Shown piece by piece: positions 36,560 through 48,111 of a stretch of 64,000 bases of DNA (position 1 is the stretch's first letter; each line of letters opens with the position of its first letter). This stretch comes from Chrysemys picta bellii (Eukaryota), in assembly GCF_011386835.1 (NCBI RefSeq), contig NC_088791.1, forward strand, positions 356,252,001-356,316,000, given 5' to 3'. The notes beneath the pieces were generated by a model, which saw only the letters and a list, made by a program, of their open reading frames with translations, was not told the origin of the DNA and did not search any database. A program made the position numbers and the translations under genes.

Positions 36560-38760
36560 ATTCCATGTCATTATACCTGAGAAAGGCCCTGTGAGAATAA
36601 AAGGTCTTGAATATCCTAAAGACATTAGAGGTAGGAAATTCACAGAAAACAATTACTAAAAAAGACTTTCTATATTGGTGAAATTGTCAACAGATGGTGG
36701 CTTGTGTACTCTAAATGCAAGGATGCTGTAGTTTGTTTCCCATGCAAGATTTTCAATAGTTGCAATTTTAAAATAGCAACCATGGGTATTAATGATCGGA
36801 AAAATCTTAGTCACATATTACCACAACATGAAAAGGCACAACACCACATTGAAAGTATGTGAGCACGAATGGTGTGAGCTGAGTGTAAGGCTAAAAAATC
36901 AGACAACTCTTGATGCCTAAAATCAAAGATTGCTGGAGTCAGAGAAGCAGCATTGGCGTCGTGTTCTTGAATGTCTATTATCTATTGTTGAATATCTATC
37001 AACAAACAATCTTGCTTTTAGAGGAAGCGTTGAGAAATTATTCCAGCCCAAAAATGGCAATTTTTTGGGCCTTGTACAACTGCTGGGAAAACTTGACACA
37101 GTGATGAGTGAACATCTCCGAAGAGTAACTGAAAATGAAATACATGACCACTATTTGGGACCAAGAATTCAAAATGAATTCATGCTCATGCTAATGAGCG
37201 ATAAAGTGAGAGACAAACTTGTTTCTTGGTTACTTTGGCAAAATATTTTGCCATAATTCTAGATTGCACTCCGGACATAAGTCATCAAGAACAGATGTTG
37301 TTAGTAGTGAGATTTGTTGACATTAGTGATTCAGCACAAATTACAGTTAAGGAATCGTTTATCACATGTTTAGAAGTAGAAGACACTACAGGTTTTGGAC
37401 TTCTTCAAGCTGTCCTTGATGAACTAAAACAAAGGGGATTGTCCATAATGAACATTAGAGGACAAGGCTATGAGAATGGTGCCAATATGAGAGGATGCAT
37501 TTCTGGCGTGCAAGCTAGATTGCTGGCAGAAAATCCACAAGCCTTTTTTTGTTCCGTGTGCATGCCACAGCCTTAATTTGATTTTGTGTGATATGGCCAA
37601 GTCTTCCGTAGAAGCTATATCTTTTTTTGGTTTGCTGCAACGCATTTACGTTCTCTTTTCGGCTTCCACTCAATGATGGCAAATATTCAAAGCACACGTC
37701 AATGGTGTTACCATTAAGCCTCTATCTGAGACACGCTGGGAAAGCAGAGTAGAAAGTGCAAAAATGTTGCGATATCAATCTGAGGAAGTTTATGAAGCAC
37801 TGGTTGCTATTTCGGAAGAAGCCAGAGATCCAAAAGCTAGAAGTGAAGCATAGTCATTGGCCTCTGACATATCCAGCTTCAAGTTTCTAACATTTGTCGT
37901 AATCTGGTATGACATTCTTGTTAAAATCTCAAGTGTAAGCAAAATAATGTAGAGTCCAATGATGCAGCTTGATTCAACACTTCCCTTACTAAACAACACA
38001 CACGACTTTTTAGTGAAATACAGAGAAAATGGATTCAAAGAAGCACAGGTTACAGCAAGAGAGCTTGCACAGGCACTCGGTGTGGAACCAAAATGTCCGA
38101 ACGTGACACGAGTTTCAAGGAAAAAACGGCAAGCGGAATATGAAGGAGAAGATGAGCCCATAGACGATCCAGAAAAGAAATCTGAGGTTGAATTTTTTAA
38201 TGTTGTGATGGATAAAGCAATCTCTGACATTGATTAAAGGTTTAATACCTTATGAGTACACTATGAACAGTTTGGATGTTTGTATGACATAACTAAATTC
38301 AATGAAATAGGAAAACAAGAGCAACTAATGACAAAGTGCAAGAACCTAGAGAGCGCCCTGAAGCACGGTGATAGTTTTGATTTAAATGGACTTGAACTGT
38401 ATGAAGAATTGAGTACACTGTCACCAATGTTGCCACATGCAAAATCGGTGATGGACATTGTACAGTTTATTCATACCAGCAAACTTGTTGACATATATCC
38501 TAATGTGTACATTGCCACTCCTATTCTACTGACAATTCCTGTAACAGTAGCATCAGAAGAACGGAATTTCTCAAAACTAAAGCTCATTAAAAACTATCTC
38601 CGCTCTACAATGAGTCAGGAACGCTTGTCTGGTATTGCTATTCTTGCAATCGAACAAGACACCACTTTCTCTTTGTCATACGATGACATTATTACTGATT
38701 TTGCAGCCAAAAATCCAGAAACATTGCTTTTAATTAAAAACAAATCCTTGTTTCAATACC
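36560..38760 (+). pseudogene. hAT transposase (ZMYM1/ZBED-like), multiple stops and frameshifts
   Basis: TTF-type zinc finger (WLVYSKCKDAVVCFPCKIF), FAIILDCTPDISHQEQM, GQGYENGANM and the dimerisation motif TIPVTVASEERNFSKLKLIKNYLRSTMSQERLS. Confidence 0.92.
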
Positions 38761-39107
38761 TCTTCATAGAAATTTCCAAGAAAATGTTGACAAATTTAAA
38801 AAAACATATTATTTGCATCATTCACTCAAATCAGAATTTTGTCTATAGCGCTACTTCTTTAGTGCTAGTCCATCAGCATTACAGTGTGCTTAATTAAGTT
38901 AAACTGGTTTTCATAACGTGCATGGGGCAAGTTTTCCAATACTGTAAGCTTATGTTTGTGTTGCTAAGAGCAAGTCAGGCACGGGGCACCAGATTAATAA
39001 TCCTGTCTAGGACATCATAAAACCTAAGGATGGCCCTGCCCAGCACCATGGACCAGCCAGCTCTACACAGAGCTCAATCTGAGAGCCAGAGCACAAGGAG
39101 AAAACAT

Positions 39108-40055
39108 TTAGGTCCCTTTATGAGTGAGGAGCTGGAGCAGCCTGCCGCGGATCTGTTTGGTCCGCACCCCGTAAATGATGGGGTGTAGCACCGGGGGCAC
39201 CAGCTGGTAGAGACTGGTAATGAGAACAAGGAAGTGCAGTGGCACATTGTGGCCAAACCGCTGAATGAGGGAGGACAAGAAATCTGGGACATACAAAGCT
39301 GAGATGGCACAAAGATGAGAGATGCAGGTCCCAAAAGTTTTGAGCCGGGCATCCTTTGTGGGGAGGCGGAAGATGGCCTGAAGGATCTGAGTATAGGACA
39401 CGGCGATAAAAACCACATCCATTCCCATCACAGAGAAAAGATTAAATAGGCCATAGTAACTACTGATGCGGATGTCAGTGCAGGCCAGCTTCACCACAGC
39501 CATATGCCCACAATAGAAGTGGGGGATAATGTTGGTTCTGCAATATGGCCACCGCCTCGTCAGGAAGGGATAGGGTAATGCGAGTATGCCACTGCGCAGC
39601 ACCACAGCCAGGCCTATCTTGGCCACAACAGATTTTGTCAGGATGGTGGAATGTCTCAGGGGATGGCAGATGGCAATGTAGCGATCAAAAGCCATGGCCA
39701 CAAGGATTCCAGACTCCATCCCAGAGAAGGAGAGAACGAAGTACATCTGGGTGAGGCAGGCACTGAAACTGATCTCCCTGGAATTGAACCAGAAGATGCT
39801 CAGCATTTTGGGCAGGGTGGATGTGGACATGACCAGGTCGGTGACAGCCAGCATGCAGAGGAAATAGTACATGGGTCCATGGAGGATCGGCTCCCTCTTC
39901 ACGATGAACAGGATGGTGAAGTTCCCCAAGATGGCTATGGCGTACATAGCGCAGAAGGGGATGGAGATCCAGATATGGGCTGCCTCCAGGCCAGGAATGC
40001 CAAGTAGGATGAAGGTGGAGGGGTTGGTGAAGTTTGTTGTGTTCAAATATGACAT
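39108..40055 (-). CDS. Olfactory receptor, class I OR52-like (A2), intact, 315 aa (332 aa from the upstream in-frame ATG at 40106)
   Basis: MAFDRYIAICHPLRH, KTFGTCISH and [11 protein letters not shown]; no stops. Confidence 0.96.
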   Translation of the reverse strand: MSYLNTTNFTNPSTFILLGIPGLEAAHIWISIPFCAMYAIAILGNFTILFIVKREPILHGPMYYFLCMLAVTDLVMSTSTLPKMLSIFWFNSREISFSACLTQMYFVLSFSGMESGILVAMAFDRYIAICHPLRHSTILTKSVVAKIGLAVVLRSGILALPYPFLTRRWPYCRTNIIPHFYCGHMAVVKLACTDIRISSYYGLFNLFSVMGMDVVFIAVSYTQILQAIFRLPTKDARLKTFGTCISHLCAISALYVPDFLSSLIQRFGHNVPLHFLVLITSLYQLVPPVLHPIIYGVRTKQIRGRLLQLLTHKGT

Positions 40056-40829
40056 AGCGTAGGAGAGAAAGTGTCCAACTCTGAGGCATAAGGGTGTCTC
40101 CTGCATGTACCATATGCTCTCCTGACTTTCTGTGTGTTCCCAGGATCTCGGTGATGGTCACAGGAGAAATGCCTGAATGGAGAGACAAAGTTAATATGAG
40201 ACACTGCATGCACTAGTGGAGGCTGTTCTCATGGGAGAAGCAGATTAATCGCTCTTCACACACTGATTTATGACATTTTCATTATTCTGAGAAAATAACT
40301 GTGAACAATGACCCTACTAAATACTATTCCATATTTTTGTTGTGCTCCCTGAATTAATAATTTCTACACTTTTTCGTGGGGGGACCTTAATAAGCACCAG
40401 CAGGAAACACAAGTATGGATACTGGTTATCCATCATTCTTCCTTAATGCAATGAGAGCTAGGATAGGGTGCCTATACTGAAGGGAGTTCCCCATTCATCC
40501 ATTTGCTCAAAATCAGAGAGGGGAAAAAACCAAACCTTTCCACAAACATGTGCTGGGAGAAACATGTCAACTAGAACATATCTCAGGGAAAAGATCTGGG
40601 TGCCATTGATAGCAGCTCAAGAGAATCACCTGCTCATTGGCAGCAGCGGACAAAAAAACCCAATGTTCAGATCTCTAAGATATGGGATGGAGAATAACAT
40701 ATTTGGGATATTTATTCAGTTTTGGTCGCTCTCTATAAGGATACAAAAATCTGCGATTCTTTAGTTCACACAAGAGACAAAGAAGAGAGCATATGATATA
40801 CGAGAGGAAAATAAAAAATGAAACTGATT

Positions 40830-43800
40830 TACATTGCAAAGGACAGTTCCCAACCAGTACTATCAATAGACACTTAGTGCTCCAAGACGACTAATTCCCC
40901 AAAGCTGAGGAAAATCGTCAGCAAAACTGATTGGGAGGAAAAATTTAGACAAAAATTATGAATGAATATTGGTAATTCTTTGATAACAGTTTCTTAGATA
41001 TCAGGAAACTCATGATTCCAGAGTCAACAAAGTGAACAACTTTCGGTACAAACTCAGTTTAGTGGTAAAGTGAAGGCAGCATTTAGGGGGAGGGAAGCAA
41101 TATGTAACAAAGAGGAAAATGGGAAAATAGCGAGCCAAGAATAGAAATCGGAAGTTAAAAAAATGTATCAGGAATGTTAAAACATCAGGGAAAACTCCAA
41201 GTTTGTCAGGGCTGTGGATTACAAAAAGGAGGTTATTATGTATATTAAGAACAAATGAAATCCTAGACAACATTTATGTCAATTCCTGTGTTAAATGTAA
41301 AGCATTAAAAAATAAAGGGAAAGGGTTTTTTTTATAAAAGAATTGACAAGGTTAAGAAACAATGTAAAATCGGGTATGGGATTAGTTCAAAGAAAAATCT
41401 AGAAATGTAAGTAATGCCAGTCATCAAAAGGGTCTATGCAAAACAGATCTTGTCAAATAAACCTGATTTCATCCTTTTATGAGAGTACACATTGGTTGAT
41501 CACAGATTCACATTTGGTGGATCAAGGGAACAGTGCAGATGCAACGTACCTTGATTTCTCAGAGTCATTGGATTTAGTAGGAGAAAATATTGAGTTGGTG
41601 AGTTGGAGCAGGGGAAGGATTTTACTTCTTCACATTCAATTGGTGAAATAAACTGCATCCAGTTCTAGGGTCCACATTTGAAAAAAGATGTTGAAAACTT
41701 GGAGAGGGTGCAGGAAAGAGCCACAAAAATTCTTGGAGGATAGAGAAAAAGCCGGATTGTTAGACTTGAAGGTGTATATCTCTTTAACTTATCAAAAAGG
41801 TGATCAAGCGGACACTTTCATGGGGAGAAAATCATGGGTAATAATGGGCTCTGTAATCTACCAGACAAAGGCTGAGCAAGACGTAAGGGCTGGAAGCTGA
41901 AGCCAGGCAAATTCCAGCTCGAAATTAGGGTTTTCACCAAGATGGTTAGTGGTGTTTGGACACCTAACATAAAGAATGCCAAAGAAAATGGCATAGGTTC
42001 AGATGCTAAAATACGGAAAGAACAAGTAAAAATTATTTGGACAAGTTAGATGTCTTCAAGTCACCAGGGCCTGATGAAATGCTTCCTAGAATATTCCTAA
42101 GGAACTGACTGAGGAGATATCTGAGCCATTAGCTATTATCTTTGAAAAGTCATGGGACACAGGGGAGATTCCAGAAGACTGGAAAAGAGCACATATAGTG
42201 CCTATCTATAAAAAGGAATAGGGAAAACCCAGGCAATTACAGACCAGTCAGCTTAACTTCTGTACCAGGTAAGAGAATGTAGCAATTTATTAAGGAATCG
42301 ATTTGCAAACATCTAGAAGATAATAAAGTGATAAGTGATAGTCCCCATATCTTGATGCATTTTATTTATTTATTTATTAACCTGAGGGCGTTACCACAAT
42401 TTTTTTGTTTAGACTGAACACACCTGTATTTTTATTTGTGGGTGTTACCACAACACCCAAATAGGCCTAACACATGAGGGTGTTACTACAACCCCTTAAT
42501 TTAAATAAGTTTGACCTATACCACTTATTGGGTTATCTTGGGGATTTGAGGGATTACCACAACACCTTAACTTAGCCCCGCGTATGCATACCACTATCCT
42601 TACATGGGACAACTACGTTTTCACTACAGTTTTGCATTTGATTTTGTTGCATAAGCAAAAGTTTGTATGGGGTGAGCCCAAAAGGACAGATGGCCCCACG
42701 GTCAGTTCTTTTTTGACACCCCAGCAGAAATTTCAAAAGGTTTTTTACCTTTGGCTTGGCGCCTGGCGTTTGAAGGGGAACGGTCCGTAGTAGCGGTTGC
42801 TGCCTTAGCCGGGCGTAGCCATCCAAGTCACATGGCATTAAATATTGTGGAGGAAAACCTGAGTTTTTACCTTTAGGTTGAACACAACATGTTAGAGACA
42901 GCTTTCTGTAAGAAATTGCAAGGGAAGAAATACAATGGACAGAAAATACCTTTGCCTGAATAGTTTTTTTAAAGTATAAGCAATATTACAAAAGCATTTA
43001 TACATTTTAGTGGCATACATTAATTAAAAACATCTGCAGTTTGTTTATTTTATGTTTTGCCTATTTCTGTTTTTAAAACATTGCTATTTTAATATTTTAA
43101 GGCTGGGTTACGCTGATTTTACTTTGCTGTGTTTTTATTTGCTTTTGATGTGAGCGCTGCTTTTACAGGTTTTGCTAAGACTTAGCATGACACTTGCTTT
43201 GTTTTTTACAATTAAAAGTCCTATATTTAAATTTTTAACACCGTTTTTACACTAAGTTGGGAGGGGTTGCAAGTTTTTGGAAAATCGGATAAACATTCAA
43301 AATGATTTGGAAAAACTGGAGAAAAGGATGATTGGGGGTCTTGAAAACACAACCTCTGAGGGAAGACTGAACGATCTAGGTTTATTTAGTCCGAATAAGA
43401 GAACACTGAAGGGGGACATGATAACTGTTCAAATACCTAAAAGGTTGTTACAAGGAGAGAAAAAAAGTGTTCTCCTTAACCTCTGAAGAGAAGACAAGAA
43501 GCAATACACTTAAATTGCAGCAAGGGAGGTTTAGGTTGGACATTAGGAAAAATGTTTCAAAAAAAGCAAATACTATGTTTTGTTATATTACCAGAATTAT
43601 AACATGCAAGTCATGGTACGTGCTAGTATTCCTCTACTTGGTGTGGGTTAGGTCTCAATTGGAGTAATGTGTCCAATTTTGCTCACCAATGTATGGAAAG
43701 GATGTAGAGAAGCTGGAAAGGATCTATAGGCAAGTAACAAATGTTACACAAGGGATGGAATGCAAGCCGTATGAGCAAGCCAAAGGAACCGGTATGTTTA

Positions 43801-44110
43801 TTTGGAAAAGAGGAGATTAATGGGGGATATGATAGTGGTCTTCAAACACTTGAAAGGCGGCCATAAAATGGTAGAGGAAAGTTGTTCTGTCTTACCACAG
43901 AAAGGCAGGACAAGAGGCACTGGGTTCAAATTGCAGCATAGAAGATATAAATTAAATTTCAGGAAAATCTTCCTAATTTTAACTACAGGAGCCCAATTGA
44001 ACAGACTCCCAGGGAAGCCATGGAAGCTGCCAATATGGAGGTTTTCCAAAGACATGTGAATAGCCATCAGTCTTAGATGACTAAGACAAAACAAATCCTA
44101 CATCTTGTCA
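40830..44110 (+). mobile_element. Mosaic of old CR1 fragments (paralog of 3915-6300), interrupted by the unclassified insert
   Basis: ORFs 41436-41651, 43277-43486 and 43802-44059 are CR1 remnants. Confidence 0.75.
42344..43248. other. Unclassified ~905-bp insert with four GAGGGTGTTACCACAACACC-like motifs
   Basis: CR1 similarity stops at ...gtgatagtc (42343) and resumes at acactaagttggg (43249). Second copy at 63524-64000 (runs off the window); absent from copy 1. Confidence 0.75.
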
Positions 44111-44744
44111 AGGGGATAGACTAGCTGTCCTTTGCATTCCCTTATAACTCTATGGCTCTACCATTCCATGATGTAAAATCCTAGTGTAGACCCGGCCTTA
44201 GTCACACACAAGTCTTTTGGCTCAATCCAGAGGAAACTGAGTGAAATTTAATGGGCCTGTGTTTTACAGGAGGTCAGTCTGGATCATCAAATGGTCCCTT
44301 CTGACCTTAAACCCTATGGATCTATTGATAAAGAAAGTAGATCAGGCATTTCTATTTAATGTGTCTCATAACATAAACACAGGAACATTTAGTTAAATTG
44401 AAAGTCATCTGAACATATAACATCGAGGAAAGGTAATTGCTACTGTAATTCATATTTGCCCTATAGAACTCCTTGCTACCAATATTATTGGCACAAAGAG
44501 CATAGAAGATTCACAAATGGATTGGCCATTGTAGGTGGTGCTGGTGGCATCACCTGTAGTTAAGGCTGTCTGACACCTTCTATTAGAAGACCTTATTTCC
44601 AGTTTCTTATACGTTTTTCAGATTTTAGTTGTTTGGACTCAAATTTCCCATGCTGGGTGTCTCCTTTGAGCAGAATTGTTTTTTTTTGAAAGTTTCAAGC
44701 ATAACAAATCAGCCAAATTCTCTAATGAAGCTAGGAGAAAGTAT

Positions 44745-46890
44745 CATAGAATCATAGAATATCAGAGTTGGAAGGGACTTCAAGAGGTCATCTAGTCCAA
44801 CCCCCTACTCAAAGCAGGACCAATTCCCAGCTAAATCATCCCAGCCAGGGCTTTGTCAAGCCGGGCCTTAAAAACCTCCAAGGAAGGAGACTCCACCACC
44901 TCCCTAGGTAACGCATTCCAGTGTTTCACCACCCTCCTAGTGAAATAATTTTTCCTGATATCCAACCTGGACCTCCCCCACTGCAACTTGAGACCATTGC
45001 TCCTTGTTCTGTCATCTGCCACCACTGAGAACAGCCGAGCTCCATCCTCTTTGGAACCCCCCTTCAGGTAGTTGAAGGCTGCTATCAAATCCCCCCTCAT
45101 TCTTCTCTTCTGGAGACTAAACAATCCCAGTTCCCTCAGCCTATCCTCATAAGTCATGTGCTCCAGACCCCTAATCATTTTTGTTGCCCTCCGCTGGACT
45201 CTTTCCAATTTTTCCACATCCTTCTTGTAGTGTGGGGCCCAAAACTGGACACAGTATTCCAGATGAGGCCTCACCAATGTCGAATAAAGGGGACCGATCA
45301 TGTTCCTCGAACTGCTGGCAATGCCCCTACTTATACAGCCCAAAATGCCGTTAGCCTTCTTGGCAACAAGAGCACACTGTTGACTCATATCCAGCTTCTC
45401 GTCCACTGTGACCCCTAGGTCCTTTTCTGCAGAACTGCTACCTAGCCATTCGGTCCCTAGTCTGTAGCAGTGCATGGGATTCTTCCGTCCTAAGTGCAGG
45501 ACTCTGCACTTGTCCTTGTTGAACCTCATCAGGTTTTTTTTGGCCCAATTCTCTAATTTGTCTAGGTCCCTCTGTATCCGATCCCTACCCTCTAGTGTAT
45601 CTACCACGCCTCCTAGTTTAGTGTCATCTGCAAACTTGCTGAGAGTGCAGTCCACCCCATCCTCCAGATCATTAATAAAGATATTAAACAAAACTGGCCC
45701 CAGGACTGACCCTTGGGGCACTCCGCTTGAAACCGGCTGCCAACTAGACATGGAGCCATTGATCACTACCCGTTGAGCCCGACGATCTAGCCAGCTTTCT
45801 ATCCACCTTACAGTCCATTCATCCAGCCCATACTTCTTTAACTTGGCGGCAAGAATACTGTGGGAGACCGTATCAAAAGCTTTGCTAAAGTCAAGGAATA
45901 ACACATCCACTGCTTTCCCCTCATCCACAGAGCCAGTTATCTCATCATAGAAGGCAATTAGGTTAGTCAGGCACGACTTCCCCTTCGTGAATCCATGCTG
46001 ACTGTTCCTGATCACTTTCCTCTCCTCTAAATGTTTCATAATTGATTCCTTGAGGACCTGCTCCATGATTTTTCCAGGGACTGAGGTGAGGCTGACTGGC
46101 CTGTAGTTCCCCAGATCCTCCTTCTTCCCTTTTTTAAAGATGGGCACTACATTAGCCTTTTTCCAGTCATCTGGGACCTCCCCCGATCGCCATGAGTTTT
46201 CAAAAATAATGGCTAATGGCTCTGCAATCTCACCCGCCAACTCCTTTAGCACCCTCGGATGCAGCGCATCCGGCCCCATGGACTTGTGCACGTCCAGTTT
46301 TTCTAAATAGTCCCGAACCACTTCTTTCTCCACAGAGGGCTGGTCACCTTCTCCCCATGCTGTACTGCCCAGTGCAGCAATCTGGGAGCTGACCTTGTTC
46401 GTGAAGACAGAGGCAAAAAAATCATTGAGTACATTAGCTTTTTCCACATCCTCGGTCACTAGGTTGCCTCCCTCATTCAGTAAGGGGCCCACACTTTCCT
46501 TGATTTTCTTCTTGTTGCTAACATACCTGAAGAAACCCTTCTTGTTACTCTTAACATCTCTTGCTAACTGCAACTCCAAGTGTGATTTGGCCTTCCTGAT
46601 TTCACTCCTGCACGCCTGAGCAATATTTTTATACTCCTCCCTGGTCATTTGTCCAATCTTCCACTTCTTGTAAGCTTCTTTTTTGCGTTTAAGATCAGCA
46701 AGGATTTCACTGTTTAGCCAAGCTGGTCGCCTGCCATATTTACTATTCTTTCTACACATCGGGATGGTTTGTTCCTGCAACCTCAATAAGGATTCTTTAA
46801 AATACAGCCAGCTCTCCTGGACCCCTTTGCCTTTCATGTTATTCTCCCAGGGGATCCTGCCCATCTGTTCCCTGAGGGAGTCAAAGTCTG
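44745..46890 (-). mobile_element. Young 5'-truncated CR1 with an uninterrupted 677-aa ORF2 portion
   Basis: ORF 44831-46864 has no stops (RT motifs [21 protein letters not shown]); (ATTCTATG)2 tail; empty site at ~3305-3326. Confidence 0.97.
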
Positions 46891-48111
46891 TTACTCATGT
46901 TGAAAAATTCTCATTAACGTTCTAGTGAGGAGCCCTAGCACCTCCAAGCTTTCCAGCAGATAGAAGTCAGGTAACAGCTCCTGTCCCTCTGACCCATTAA
47001 CAGACAGAACCCTGAAATGCAAGAGGAGGGGGTGACAGTTTCTGTGCATTAACACACAGTTGACTCCTGACATCTGTACTCAGTTCTTTCTCCAAGGAGA
47101 GTTTTGCCTCACTGAGGCCTGAGCAAAGCACGGGCCATGGTCTCAGAATTTGGCCTTGTATTGCACATCTACTAACATCTTTCATCCTGAAGAATTTACT
47201 GTGCCACTGAAATGCACCACCTTGGGGCTGGAGTCCATCAGGCAGGAAGCGCAGGGGTGCACAGAAATCAGTGACATTTTGTCCAGTGATTCTTTATCAA
47301 ACTCATCACTTTTGGCAAGGGCCCTGGGATTTTTCATGGATGTGCAGAGTGGAAGGGACCACAGACTTACTCTCTATCCCATCACACCCACGTTGCATAG
47401 GGTTTGTCAATCATATGAGTTCCTCATCAAGAGATGGGTACCTGTGAATTCTGAGATCGAAGTGGTCTCCTTAGGAATCCCCCTCAGGTATCCGTGACCC
47501 ACACCTCTCTGAACCCAGCATATGCAGCAGCATCCCACGCCGAGAGCCGGCACACGTTGTGCACAGTTTATAGTATAACTCTGTGTAATCCCAGTGGGGT
47601 TCGCTCAGCCTCTAGAGGAGAAGGAAATGTCTGAGTGTAAACAGGCTGTAGACAAGCAACTCTCTGCTTCTGTGCTAATTAGCCAACTTTAATTAAGGAA
47701 CCTTCCGTAAGGGAGATGAACTCATGGGCTCTGTGCTGAGTCAGAGAGGAATTGGCTGCTCTGTACGTTTGTGTGTATGTATTTAAAAACTCTACTTGAT
47801 GAGAAGGAAAATTAGGGATAATGCCTAATTCTCGGGATAAATGGGTAGATCATAGACAGAGAGATCTGGAAAAAGTTCCTTAAGAGTAGACACAAGCAAT
47901 TACAGGAAATACATGGGGCTGTTGCTAAGGGATCGGAGATCAGTACTTCTCATCAGTAACTATCATCATACTGTATAACACTTTTCATTGATGGATATTC
48001 AAAACACCTAGCAAAGGCAAGTCACTGTGAACCATCCCCATTTCACTGATCAGTAAACTGATGTCCAAGGTCACACAGAGACTGTCTGACAGAACCCAAG
48101 TGTCCTGACTT

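Larger units (their letters stand above)
35486..39038 (+). mobile_element. hAT DNA transposon with perfect 15-bp TIRs and 8-bp TSD
   Basis: TIR cagggccatccttag / ctaaggatggccctg; TSD CCCAGCAC at 35478-35485 and 39039-39046; empty site at 60258-60265. Confidence 0.97.

Noticed and set aside
42384-42566. CRISPR-like repeat/spacer array
   Set aside because: Only four degenerate motifs with very unequal spacing, in vertebrate DNA, and no cas genes.
42344-43248. Mitochondrial insertion (NUMT) or endogenous hepadnavirus/papillomavirus
   Set aside because: No recognisable rRNA, CSB, polymerase or E2-site motifs in any frame I read. Not supportable without a database search.
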